Assembly: GCF_006345805.1 (NCBI RefSeq)
Contig: NC_043000.1
Coordinates: 10,850,001-10,914,000, forward strand
Reading direction: 5' to 3'
DNA from: Octopus sinensis
Lineage: Eukaryota
DNA: 64,000 nucleotides
Made by a program: the position numbers and the translations under genes. Shown one piece after another: positions 25,251-38,860 of the stretch (position 1 is its first letter; each line of letters starts with the position of its first letter). A model generated the notes under the pieces. The model was not told the origin of the DNA. It did no database searches and worked only from the letters and a program-made list of their open reading frames with translations.

Positions 25251-27024
25251 CAGAATATTAATAAGGAAGAAAACGAGATAAAATTTAGCAAATTAACTGT
25301 AGCTAACAATTGGTGTCACCAAGTAACTAGTATACAATACTAACATTTGAAAAGAGCAGATACTAATCAACTAAAATTACTTTACATTCATTGATAAATG
25401 AAACAGGAGACAATGATTTAATTTGAACCCAACACAACTTTGTTCTCTAGTTATATCTACATGAAAGTAATGTTTTACATATAGAGTGAAACATTCATAT
25501 ATTCAAGTGTGTAATACTGACTGGATTATTTGACCTGAGAATATATGCACATTAATATTTTTATATATGTGTATGTAAAACATTTGCAAACAGTTGCTAA
25601 TGATTTATAAAGCAGACTAGTAATTGCTGTGTATATAAGACATGCGACTTCTCTTTCAATTGGTTTTATTAGCTTTTAATATATAGCTGGTACATATCGT
25701 CTTTCTTTATAGTTAAAAAAAATGCTTTGTGGGTAGATTATGTTTCCAAAGCTCATGAAGGATGAGGACTTTACTTTATGCTTCAAACAAACTGTAATTC
25801 TAAGACTGAAGTTTTCTTTTATAGAAGACCAACTATTTAATCCTAAGGCATGCCAAATTTTAGCAACCGTTCCATTTTGTCTAAAGTGATACTATCATCA
25901 TCGTCATAGTTATACTGACTGAGTACCACCTCTAACAGACTGTGGTCAATGGTCACTTGAGAAGTCATTAAATAAGGGAATCATAATGGAAATTCTACAG
26001 TGATACTATTACCGTTATTTTAAATTTGTTTTTCATTGCTAGTATGGGTTACTCATTTGTATTCATATCAAATAAATTTCATATTCATATGGCAGTCATC
26101 ACCTACTCTCCCAACTTATGCATTATTGTTCACCCTTCCACTCTTGTTCACCTTTCACTACATCCAGCCCTTAAACATACTCAATCTCTACAGCTATCAC
26201 CTACTTTCCCCCTCCTTTCACACCGACCAGCCCTCAACTCTTGCTCATCATTCATTATATTCACCCTTGTGCCAAACCTCATCCCTAACTATCCCTCACT
26301 TTTTTCATACACTCTTGCAATGCTTACTCATTCCCCATTCAAGTTGTTTTGTATCTACTTGCTTCTATTCACCTTGTAACTTAAGGGTTCATGCTGATAG
26401 TGTCACCATTATCTTTATTTCTCTTTCCAGCTCCAATCCAGTTACTCACGCCCATTCTTGTATAATGTGACTGGCCATGTATCTCCTCAACAACAAGAAA
26501 TCTGTTCCAGCCCCATCGTTCATACTTTAACCTCTCAACACCTAGCATAAAGTTGCTCCCTACTCTATCATAATACCACAGAGTTGAAGAGAGATCTTAG
26601 TCTTGCGAGCAACCTGACAACCTCATTAGTGTTGGTGCCACAAAAGGTTAAAAAAAAAAAAAAAAGGGTTGACATTAGGAAGGGCATCAAGCCACAGGAA
26701 CCATACTGAAACAAACATTAGAGCAGGACACAGTCCTCTGAACCATCAGATCCTGTTGAACTGTTCACCTCCTGCCAGCATGGAAGATAGAGATTAAAAG
26801 ATAATGATAATGAAGGCGTGACACACACACACACACTCTGCCAGTGGTTGATCTGGTTATTAAGGTTTGTAGTAGCCTTCTAATATTCTTATCAGTTAAC
26901 AGAAAAAAAAGCATCTGATAATATCAAGAATGAGATATGACTCCATAAAATATGGTGTTTCATAGTACCAAAAGAATGGTACCATAGTACCTTAAACAAC
27001 ATATAACTCTATTGAATCATAATA

Positions 27025-27238
27025 TTCATTCTTTTCTACTCTAGGCACAAGGCCTGAAATTTTGGGGGAGGGGGTCAGTTGATTAGATCGACTCCAGTAC
27101 ACAACTGGTACTTAATTTATTGACTCTGAAAGGATGAAAGGCAAAGTCGACCTCGGCAGAATTTGAACTCAGAATGTAAAAACAGACGAAATACTGCTAA
27201 GCATTTCGCCTGGCATGCTAATGTTTCTGCCAGCTCGT
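27025..27238 (-). mobile_element. SINE family 2
   Basis: Matches 13631-13845. Confidence 0.8.
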
Positions 27239-28261
27239 AATATTAAACTTCAAATGTATTCACAGAGTTTTTCAATAGTCTGGCCCAGATCCTCATGCCT
27301 CATGTTCTTGAAAGCCTTTAATCTTTCAGCACTATTTATTTATATCATTTTGAATTAATCATTTCATTATCTTGTAGCTTTCAGATCTTATGTTTAGAAT
27401 GACAAATGTTGGATAGGTGTTAGAGGATGGAGCTAGTCAGTTTCAACAAAAAACAAGTAGACTATTTGGGCCAGATATGGCTGGATTAAATGCTAAAGGG
27501 TTAAGCTTTGAGATGTGTGTGTGTTTTTTTTTTTTTTTTTTTTTGATATTTGCAAAAGAAACTTCTCCGCCACACAGTTGTGTGTATTCTACATTTTACA
27601 CTTATCAGAAATGACTTGAACTTTTTGCTTTTAAATTCACCAATGATATTTGCATAATGTTATCGTGTGCTACCAGATGTGCACATACACAGATTAATCA
27701 ATTAGGAATTAATTGAAAAAACAAAAAACAAAACCTAAAACAGATTTAAAAAGAAGACAACACATGAATGCAACTAAAACTTTAAAAAATATTTGCACCA
27801 ACAGGTCTTCTTCAAATCTAATAAAACAGAAACTATATATTTCACTAAAAAAAAAAGGACAAAACTAAAAATTCCAAATCTAATTGCATTTAAAACATAT
27901 TAGATACCAAGATGTATATCTTGATAATAAATTATATAGAATATATTGACTTATATATCAAAATGCTAAATATCACTGAGCCAATGTGAAAGCCTTTATG
28001 TTGTCATTTGAGAAGTCTTCCTCTAATCATTTGATAGGATGTGATTAAAGGGAGATTTCTCTGTCATTCAAAGAAAGATTTTCACAAGTTCTAGTGAATT
28101 ATGTTCTTATATAAGACTACCTGAAGAAGAAGAAGAAGAAGAGAAGAAGAAGAAGATATCCATAGGAATTTGGATAACTATTTTACGTTTAATGTGTATG
28201 TATTTATCTATTTAATCACACACACACACACACATGAAATATTCCTTTCAAATTCAACTAA

Positions 28262-28353
28262 TCATCATCATTGTTCGACCGTGGTCGAGACAATGGAATT
28301 TACTATGCTACACCAGACTTCACGGTCCATCATAGCATTGATGAATTTTTTTC
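28262..28353 (-). mobile_element. ~92-bp 5'-truncated LINE end with (TGA)n tail
   Basis: 11-bp TSD AATTCAACTAA (28251-28261 and 28354-28364); reads INAMMDREVWCSIVNSIVSTTVEQ*. Confidence 0.7.
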
Positions 28354-31192
28354 AATTCAACTAAACATAATCTCAATTTCGCCAAGAGAAGAACAAGCTG
28401 CTGTTATGATAATTTCATAATTTTAGTAACATTTTTTAAACACGACCAATATTACACAACCACATTAAAATATATAAATCGTCTAATATTGGTAGCTGTT
28501 GATGTCATTACCTAATTGTCTGTTACCACTATTATGGTCGTTATTCATGATCAGCCAAGCTGAACATTGCAATGTAAAATATTCATTCACATATCTCACA
28601 TTGTGTCCCATTCCATCCACCTAACCTCCATGATATACGTTTTCAGCCATGATGCCTACTCTGATAATTATAAAGCTCCTCATTCCACTTATGTACACAT
28701 ATAATTAGGTTGCTATTCCTAAACAAATTTCCATTTACATAATATTTTTTGCTATTCATGTTGCCCTTCAAGAATAAAATGGGGCACAAAACTTTACATA
28801 TTACTTCATACTTTTGTAACACTAATGAAGTAAATAATTATATTGATTTAACCCCATCCGTTAGTAGTTCTTAGATGATAAAAATGTCTGAAGTTTAGAG
28901 AAATGAGAATAAATACTTTTAGGCACAAGGCCTGATATTTTGAGGGGAGGGGGCTAGTTGATCATATCAATTGGCTCTTATTTTATTGACCCCAAAAGGA
29001 TGAAAGGCAAAATCAACTTTGGTGGAATTACAATGTTAAGCTGGTAGAAATTTGTCTGACATGCTGACAATTCTGTCAGCTGTCTTAATTAGAGTAAATA
29101 TTGTTAATGAAGTGGGTCAAATAATGTCAGAATTCATATTCTTTAAAAGACTGAAGTCAAAGATCACTCAAAAAAAGTCATGCAATGGTGGAGTCATAAT
29201 GGAAATATATTTAGACAAAGAAGAAACGTTGAATGAATGGTCACATTTATCAAAGTATGGTTCTTATTTCATAGGAATTAGAGGCCAGCATCATAGTCAC
29301 AACATTATATGAACTGTAAAGGTCTGTTACCAAGCCCAAACTATTACAACAATTGTATGATTATCAGCAATATTACTGAGTATTGAGAATGGGAAGTAGC
29401 AAGGTCACTGTAGCCACATGATGTCATAAGGGAGGAGAGGAGAAGGTAAAAATGGTCAATTGATTTAAAGCAAGGATCAGATATTATAAAGCTAGAAGAG
29501 GAAATAAGGAGAATTTTTAGCAACATTGGGGTTGCCTTTAATTTTTAAAACCAGCAACAAATATTGAGCAAAACATTGGATTAGGCACTTAGAAATATGG
29601 TCATGGGTGGACTGGAGTTATAAGCTTGACCATGTAGAAGTGTGTAAGTGTATACATGTGTTTACATGTGTTTTTGTGTGGGCAAAAGAGAGCACCCAAA
29701 TTTAAGAGTTACGGAAACTGCACTTGAAACAGCAACACAGCACTGACACATGTGCAGAAGTGCCTAGAATATTGGTATTAACAAATAACATTTTCTAACT
29801 GAAAATGGATAAATATACATACTAGAATTTTTGGTAAATATTCTGTCATTTTCTTAAGAATAGTAATTAATTAACAAAATATGCATTTTAATGATGATTT
29901 AAAACAAGAAAAATTTAAGTGTTTGTGATACACTTGGGATAAATAACACAAAAAACAAAAGACTAGGTTTTGAAAGGTTATCTTCAGCACTGAAACTTTG
30001 CAAGAGAGAAAACTGGAAGGTTTGTCATTTGGAAACAATTCCACCATTATTGGTAAAGAAGTGTTATAGAGTTAAAAAATATATATATATATGTATTTGA
30101 TGTTCAGACTTACTAAATAGTTAAGATTGAGGGAATCAAAGAGAAGTATACCCTAACTGAAATTGTTGGCAAGTTTAAAAAGTAAACTGATGGTAAGTGT
30201 CTAGAGATATGCATGATAAAAGCAAGGGATTCAAACATATGGACTAAAAGATGTTATCAAGAAACATTCTAAATACTACAGAGAGACAAAGTTTCAAGAA
30301 GATTTGGAGAAGAGTTCTTGTTGGATATTGGTAAAATATAACAAGCTGGTTGTCTTTGATTACAAAACTTGAGTCTTTTCTTTGATTAACCTTGAGGATG
30401 CAACTTTGGATTTTTCAAAAGAAGCTTACTGAAGTAGCTTAGTCAAAGAACAAATAAGATAGAAACAAGCAGCTGCATGAAAACCTCAGTGGCTCTTTAT
30501 GGGTTTTAAACACCAGAGATAGATCTAAAGATATTAAAAAAAAAATTTTTTTGAGAAAAATACATTGAATAATTATATTTTTGAGACTTCAGTTTTGTTA
30601 AGAATAAAGTTAGAATAGCAATACATTGATTTCCCTCAAAGATCCATTCATACAGCGTTTATAATAATCTTTGTATTTGTCAATCAAAGCTCAAGTATGA
30701 AACAAGAGAAATAAAATACCTTGAAATGCTTCACTACCTTCAAAATTCTAAATTATGCTGAATTATCCAACAGAAATGAACTTGTTAAAATAGGTGTTAG
30801 AAAAACAATTATCTAGATATAGACATCTTGCTTTTTGCTTTGGAGAAATTTATCCAAATATTTTGAGAGAGAGAGAGAACAAAAAAAAAAATGAGTGCTG
30901 GTGATGATATCTCTATAAACAAATTCAGAGCTAAAAAATAATAAATGAATATAATAACAAAAAAACAACAAAACATTAACTTTTGTTAACAAAAATGGTT
31001 ATAACATGTTTTATATGTCCTCTTTTTCTCTCTATTTCCTTTTCAGAGAATGAACTTTTGTCAACAATATTGTGCTGGAGAATGATGCCAAAAGCAGAAG
31101 ACATACTGGAGAATACTTGAGCTGACACAACAGAGGAAGGAAGTTGGTGATTCTGGATTTGTAAGACAATAAGCTTCCAGAGGGAAATATCC

Positions 31193-31252
31193 TTACAGTT
31201 CAGAATGATCTGTAGAAAATTTCAGCTTGGGTGCATGTCGGAAACTTGGGCT
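31193..31252 (-). CDS. SMIM29: SMIM29-like gene, probable last coding exon SPSFRHAPKLKFSTDHSEL*
   Basis: Very strong acceptor (long T run + ccag). Phase 0 matches the preceding donor; 19 codons then TAA, followed by U-rich UTR-like sequence on the minus strand. Other candidate acceptors in the intron gave less plausible peptides. Confidence 0.65.
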   Translation of the reverse strand, partial: SPSFRHAPKLKFSTDHSEL

Positions 31253-31667
31253 CTGGAAAAAAAAAAAAAAAAAATTATTATCAAAGTAAGAATTAAAAAA
31301 TTGTTAATTAGTCAGGGTAGGATGAGAGAGTGCAATTGTGGTCGTTTCAGACCCCACCTCCAACCTGACAGAAGAAATTGAAAACCTTACAAAATATTGG
31401 AATACAGTTTACTCAAAAAGGAGAGGTTGAAGATGAATTTAGAACTTTGGAGTAACTCAAATACAAGGTTCTTTACATGTCCCCAGTGCACCAGATGATA
31501 TGACCATTCTTTTTAATTACAACATCAGTGAAGTCATTTTCTCAAAATTACTGAGGCAAATTAATTAGGGACACTATCCACACAAAGTAATAGTTGAATG
31601 AGTGTAAAAAAATAAATGCACATGTAAAAAATAAAGGAGAGGGAAATACAGGCTTAATGATTAATAC

Positions 31668-31835
31668 TCTTTACTCTTTTACTTGTTTCAGTCATTTGAC
31701 TGCGGCCATGCTAGAGCACCGCCTTTAGTCGAGCAAATCGACCCCAGGACTGATTGCCAAACCGCTAAGTTACAGGGACATAAACACATCACCATCGGTT
31801 GTCAAGCGATGTTGAGGGGACAAACACAGACACAC

Positions 31836-31876
<41 letters not shown>

Positions 31877-32047
31877 TATATACGACAGGCTTCTTTCAGT
31901 TTCCGTCTACCAAATCCACTCACAAGGCTTTGGTCGGCCCGAGGCTATAGTAGAAGACACTTGCCCATGGTGCCATGCAGTGGGAATGAACCCAGAACCA
32001 TGTAGTAGGTAAGCAAGCTACTTACCACACAGCCACTCCTGCGCCTA
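31668..32047 (-). mobile_element. SINE family 1
   Basis: Reverse complement of 2131-2510, with a small internal deletion. Confidence 0.85.
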
Positions 32048-32711
32048 CATGTTAATAAAATCTTGTCAAGTTAAAGTGGAGACAATCCCTTCAAACAGGT
32101 ATTGGTTTTATTAGGTCTTTCCCAGTATTCATCATCTCTAGCAATTATCACAGGAGAGATGTATATGAAATGTACAAGATGTGGCGTGACAATATGATGA
32201 CAGACAGAAATTACCTAGTGACACCATCTTTATCAAAATGTCAAATGGCTTGGCTCCTTAATACCTTCCTTGAACTGTATAGATATCCTTTTTAACCAAT
32301 TCAACTCCTCAGTTGTCAAAAGTCTGCCAAGTTATACATAATCATAGCCCTTTTCTCCAGACCAAATCGAAAAAAAAAAAAAAAATTCAGAGGCGCAGGG
32401 TTTCATGAAAAGGTTGCAAGATGCAACGAAAATTTTAGGAAAATAAAAATAAGAAATAATTGGAAATTTTACCGGTGAGTGTGTTACATTATAAGGCACA
32501 AAAAGAAAATGACTCTCCCCAGACACAACAGTTCATGATAAAACTTCACCCTAAATTGTCAAACATTTATAAATTTGAGTATGAATTATTCTTAAGCAGA
32601 AACAAATTTAACTGAAGGTTCACTCAAGTCCATTTTAACCCTTTACTATTTAAACTGGCCATATCCAGCCTCACACATCTATCTTTCAATATCACCCCCA
32701 AAATAATCACA

Positions 32712-33366
32712 CTGGTGTGGCTGTGTGATAAGAAGTTTGTTGCTTCCTAACCACATGGTTCTGGGATCTGTCCCACTGTGTGACACCTTGGGTAAGTGTC
32801 TTCTACTATAGTCTTGGGATGACCAAAACCTTGTGAGTCGATTTGGTAGAGGGAACCTGAAAGAAGTCCATTGTGTATGTATAAATCTATGTGCGTGTGT
32901 GTTTCTGTATTTGTCCCTCATCACCACTTGACAATTAGTGTTGATGTGTTTACATCCCCATAACTTAGTGGTTTTGCGAAAGAGACTGGTAAAATAAGTA
33001 CCAAAGTTAAGGTGGCGAGCTGGCAGAAATGTTAGCACGCTGGGCGAAATGCTTAGCAATATTTCATCTGCCGCTACGTTCTGAGTTCAAATTCCACCAA
33101 GGTCAACTTTGCCTTTCATCCTTTCGGGGTCGATAAATTAAGTACCAGTTATGCACTGGGGTCGATATAATCGACTTAATCCATTTGTCTGTCCTTGTTT
33201 GTCCCCTCTGTGTGTAGCCCCTTGTGGGTAGTAAAGAAATAAGAATAAGTAGCAAAGTTAAAAAGAAGAAAAATAAGTACTGGGATTGATTCGTTCAACT
33301 AAAAGTCTTCAACACGGTGCCCCAGCATGGCTACAGTCTGATGAGCGAAACAAATAAAAGATAAAA
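32712..33366 (+). mobile_element. SINE family 1 with a nested family 2 SINE (~33011-33240)
   Basis: The nested copy is flanked by aagtaccaaagttaa/aagtagcaaagttaa. Confidence 0.8.
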
Positions 33367-33900
33367 GACATCGAAATCTCAAAGATATGAGATAATCCAT
33401 GATTAATTCAAAGCAATGTGAAGAAATAAGCATTACATTTGACAGAGTAAAACGAATGCTAAATGGTTAACTCTTTAGCATTTAAACCGGCCATATCTGG
33501 CCCCAATTTTCTACTTCTTTTATGTTCAAACCATCTAAATCTGGCCTCTCACTCATATCCTACCATGACATCCTCAAAATAAACCATCACATCATCAAAT
33601 TCTCAGAGCTACAAGATAATGCAGGATTAATTCAAAACAATGTGAATGAAAAAGCATTATATTTGACAGAGTAATCTGAATGCTAAAGGGTTAAACTGGC
33701 CATATCTAGGCCAGATATTCTACCTGTTTTATATTCAAACCAACTAGATCCAGCCTTGTACACTTACCCTACAATGTCATACTAAAAACAAACAATTCTA
33801 TCATCAAAAGTCTGGAAGCTATGAGATAATGCATTATTAACTCAAAACATTGTGAAGAAATAAGCATTACATTTGAGTAATCCAAGTGCTAAGGGTTTAA
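33365..33900. mobile_element. Tandem copies of a second piggyBac-like MITE family
   Basis: Repeating TTAA-CTCTTTAGCATT...AATGCTAAAGGG-TTAA units (about 2.5 copies). Confidence 0.65.
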
Positions 33901-35021
33901 AGAAGCAAACATGAGCTGAAGAATATTAACACTTTTAAGATTCCGGTCACTTTATAGAATTACAAATGGGACATGTGACTTCAAGAAGAAAAAAAAAGAA
34001 AACTGTTTTATCTTATTTCAGTTTCTCCTTTACTTTCAAAATAACTATAAATATGGTCTTTACAAAGATTTTAATACAAATGTTCCTTGCAATAATTTTA
34101 ATCAAAATTCCAAATCTGAAAGAAAACGGTTTTAATCTACATAGGGATGGCTAGGTGCAGGCATAGTGTGTGGTTAAGAAGTTTGCTTCTCAAGCACATG
34201 GTTTAGGGCTCAGTCCTACAATATGGTCCCATGAGCAAGTGTCTTCTACTAAAGCCTTGAGTCAAAGAAAGCCTTTTGAGTGGTTTTGGTGGAAGGAAAC
34301 TGAAATAAATCCACCATATGTGTGTGTGCGCAAATGTCTTTGTTAAGACATCACATGGTTATAAATGAGCATCACCATCATACAAGCAGTGTTCCTAGTT
34401 TCCAGTTATCCCTGAAAACACATCCAGCTATGGGGAAATACAACCTTACTTGGAAACAGGTGGAAGTTGGTGACAAGAAGGGCATCCCAGCTGTAGCAAA
34501 TTTGCCACAACAAATTCCATCTGATCTATGGAAGCACGGAAAAGTAGACATTAAAGATGATGTGAAAGGCACCTGTGTTGGTAACATGTAAAATATTCTC
34601 ACCCCTCTCTCTCTCTCTCATCATTTAACATCAATGTTCAATGCTGGCATGAGTTGGATATTTAGTATGTAAAATTGGTACATCCAATAACCAAACACTG
34701 CTGTATACAGTGGCTATTTAAGCACTGTGTTTAAGGATGATTAAAGGGTTGAATGGGTGCTGATGAAAGGGCAAAAAGCCTCAAAATATGGTATATACAC
34801 CCATTATACTTTTCTCATCTTTGATCTCATTGTTTACATCTGACCTCTCGTAAATGAAATGCTGTAACTAAAATCAGGGCTGGCTATAATTTCTATGAAT
34901 ATCTGTAGAAATAATCTTAACAAGTAATGTAAAAGAACACTGCTAATGCAATAGAATGTGGTGCTTACTTATAAAAACATTTAATATACTTTCTAGAATA
35001 TTATCATTGCATAACAAAATA

Positions 35022-35586
35022 TTGGGTTGTCCGGAAAGTTTGTGCTGATTTTTAAAGGAAAGGAAAAGGTCAATAAATACTTGCCATTACATTTTTAATC
35101 AACCAAATAGAAATATTTTGTTGCACAATGCGTCTCCATCTTTCCTTTAACTTGAAAATACCCTCTTCCCAGAATTGAGGTGGTTTCATGGCAAAGAATT
35201 CCTCAAGGTATCTTTTTACCTCATCCACGGAATTGAAATTTTTACCATTAAGACTATTCTGCAGAGACCTGAATAAGTGGAAATCTGAAGGAGCAATATC
35301 TGGTGAATATGGAAGGTGGGGTAGCACATCCCAGCCGAGCTGCAGCAATTTTTGTCTGGTTCCCAAAGCATCAGGTGCCAAAAATGAACTTTCTTATCTT
35401 CCATTTTAAAGGGTTACAGAATTAACACAAGTTATAGGAACATAAACCTTCTTCCACGAAAAGATAGCTTAAACTGTGCTCTAAATGGAGGTGTAGTCAA
35501 ATCCTACTTTATAGACTCAACCATGTTCTAAAATAAGTCGAAAGGTAAGCTACTATAAATCGGCATGAACTTTCTGGACAACCCAA
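35022..35586 (-). mobile_element. Internally deleted mariner (565 bp)
   Basis: ~28-bp TIRs (TTGGGTTGTCCGGAAAGTT...), TA flanks. MEDKKVHF is fused to QKLLQLGWDVLPHLPYSPDIAPSDFHLFRSLQN. Confidence 0.9.
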
Positions 35587-36706
35587 TACCTCATACCTGC
35601 AAGTCATTGGTGTTAGTAGAGTTACATTAAAGAACAATGGACATACAAGTAGAGACAATTTGTACAGGTACTAGAGAAAAGGACCACAAAATAATAATCA
35701 ATTAGTAACTTTGGTTGGAAATATTTTTTCTCATAGTTAAATGCGATTCTTGGTTATGAATATATAAATATAGTGGGGTCCTTTTTTTATAGGGACTTCT
35801 ATCTTAAGAGTTAATTTGTTCTATGAATACATCCTAACCAAGAAATCTGTTGAAGTTTGCTAAAGGGCTTCAAATTCTAAAATAAAAAATTAGCTGTGAT
35901 TGTCTTGTAGTAATTAGCTAAACTGATAATGAAGTCATTAACAAAGAAATAATGTCAGGGACATTGACATACTAATGTTCAAGTATGACCCATGTCATTT
36001 TATATATAGAATGACATTAATTATTAGCATGTGTAACAACATCATTATCATTATCATCATCATCATAATTATTATAATTATTATTATTATTATTATCATC
36101 ATTATTATTACCAGTTACTGCAATGAGGAGGAGGTGGAGGAATGTGATTGGGATGAAGAAAGTGACCCCAGTGAACCTACCTTGGGACCAGGAAGGAAGT
36201 ACTAGCGGCAGCAGCAGCAGATATGAAAGTATTCACGTCAGCATGCTACCATGCGAACATTGCAGAAGGCTTTTATAAGACTCACAGCGCTAAATGGAAG
36301 AGATAAAGAATAGTTTATTACAGTTTAGATTTTGGAATGTTAAACACATTCTCTGTGATAGATTTCTGCATCAAAATAGGAAAATACAGAAAACTAAAAT
36401 TTTCACATGATGAGAATTGTGTAGACACAAAATAATTATTGTTTGAGGATTTGAATTTTGGTTAAAATTATTGCAAGGAATATGTTTATAGTTATTTTAA
36501 AAACAAAGAAGAAATCAAAATGTAATTAAAAAGATCTTTCTACAAATATCATATCCAACCATAAAATAGGGGTCGTTTTAAATGATATAGATAAAATAAA
36601 TTAGTAAATAAATACAGTTGATGCTCAGCTTCATACAGGGCTCACTATATTCAGAAATTGAACCTTCAAATAGTTATTGGTGAAGGAAACTGTAATGAAA
36701 CACCTC

Positions 36707-37091
36707 CTTACTCTTTTACTTGTTTCAGTCATTTGATTGCGGCCATGCTGGAGCACCACCTTTAATCGAGCAAAGTTGACTCCAGGACTTATTCTTTGTA
36801 AGCCTAGTACTTATTCTATCGGTCTCTTTTGCTGAACTGCTAAGTTACGGGGACATAAACACACCAGCATCGGTAGTCAAGCAATGTTAGGGGGAGGACA
36901 AACACTGACACACAAACACACACACATAGATATACACACACACACACATATATGTATATATATATATATATGACGGGCTTCTTTCAGCCTGAGGCTATAG
37001 TAGAAGACACTTGCCCAAGGTGCTACGCAGTGGGACTGAACCTGGAACCATATGGTTGGTAAGCAAGCTACTTACCACACAGCCACTCCTT
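36707..37091 (-). mobile_element. SINE family 1
   Basis: Reverse complement of the family consensus. Confidence 0.85.
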
Positions 37092-38805
37092 CTTTAACAT
37101 TATTCAATAATAAAGTCCAAAGCTGCTTCTTTTGCTATTTTAGCCAAACAGAAACTTAAATTATAGCAAAAGATAGTACATAGATACAGCCTTTTCATTC
37201 AATCTAAGAATAGTGTCAGAGATATTGCTTGGCTGGAGACAGTACAGAAATATTTTTAGATTTTGTAAAAAACAGTTCTGAGTTAATAAAGAGAAAGTTG
37301 CTCACTCCTTTTGTTTTTATAACTGTTAGCTTATTGTTGAGTGATAAACGACAGTCATAGAAATATTACTCACAGAGAGAGCTTCTAATTGGAAGGATTT
37401 TGTATAGAACAAAAATCAAATATTGAATATAAAAATCAATATTAGTAAATTTAAGGATAAATGAATGCACACTTTCAGCATTATTGGAAATATGATGTAA
37501 TATTTCTCTTGGATAGATGAGTAAAAAAGTAAAACAAAAATATCCACAACTTACAAGTTACTATCCTGTCTCTGTTTTACTCAATTATTTCCAACCATAT
37601 TTTTCATTACATGTACCTCAATTAATTGCAGCATGTAATTATAAGCAAATGTTTTGATAAACTATATTATGCAAATCTCTTGTCCAAATTTCTTTCCTCT
37701 GGATATGTCCAGAATGTTAAGGATCTGAGTCTTACAAACCTTTCTCATTACAGAAATTCTGGAGTTTTCAAAATATCTGTCACATTCCATAATTCAATAC
37801 TCCTTCTTATCAAAGACAACCAGCCTCTTGCACTCCTATGAAATAATATGCTAATTCGCCCCATCTTTTAAATCCAGCAATTCTTTGATGAAGGACAGTA
37901 ACCATCATTACATCTTCCAATGATGCTTAATAGATTGTTATTAATATTTAAATACTAAAATTCAAATGTCATATCAAAGAACCATTCTCAACATAAAATA
38001 TACACCCATCACAATGCACATTGGGATTAACTGTCTCAAGTCACTTCTCAGTATTGCTATAATCACACCACATCACATAACATCACACAAATAACTCCAA
38101 TACAAAATATACCCATCATTACATATATCAACCCTTTTACTGTGGAAATCAGATATACTCCCTCAAAATTTCATTATCCTTATCTGCAGAAAGCAGTTTT
38201 AATATATCAGTCTAGCTTTTGTTGAGGAATGTCATGTTGGAAACTGTTTTTGTCAAGATATGTCAAGTTTATAGGCCATACACTATTGACTTTTCCAATC
38301 CTTCTTCCCCACAACACGCTCCTTCTGAGATTCCCTTTTTTGCCCATACTTTACCTGCAACTGACGTCCAGTAGTTAATCAAGAACAGCATCAACTTTGT
38401 CAATCTCAGTCTTGTAAGCTCTTCAAAGGCCTTGAGTACAAACCTCTTCCTCCAGATCAAACCATTAGAACTAACTATATCTTTTGTGTACTCTTTAATC
38501 ATACACACAGTACTCTATCAGATTTATTTTTCTGACCCATGTGGGTCTCACTTGAGCTTTGTATAGGTTTACTATCTATTTGAAGATGAAGTATGAAGGC
38601 ATGTGACTTAATGGTTGGGATGTTCCACCCAGAATCATGAGACTGAACCCAAAGCCATGTGGTTACCAATTGAGTGTCTTAACCACACAGCCATGTTTAT
38701 TATTTACCAATGTATTCTGATTGAAAGTGCAACAAAAACAAGGTAGAACAAAGACACGAACCACTGAAACAATGATAAGATAAATGGAAAATGTGCAGAC
38801 CTAGC

Positions 38806-38857
<52 letters not shown>

Positions 38858-38860
<3 letters not shown>

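Noticed and set aside
32095-32296. ~60-codon open stretch (RRDVYEMYKMWRDNMM...)
   Set aside because: Isolated, no recognisable family and no partner exons; could be chance or a decayed transposase.
35975-36205. Plus-strand ORF with acidic end (EEEVEECDWDEESDP)
   Set aside because: Begins in an (ATT/ATC)n microsatellite, has no convincing acceptor, and is antisense to the host intron.
8532-36289. Selenoprotein-type UGA recoding in candidate exons
   Set aside because: No Cys/Sec redox context or SECIS-like element noticed; UGAs in non-coding candidates are expected by chance.
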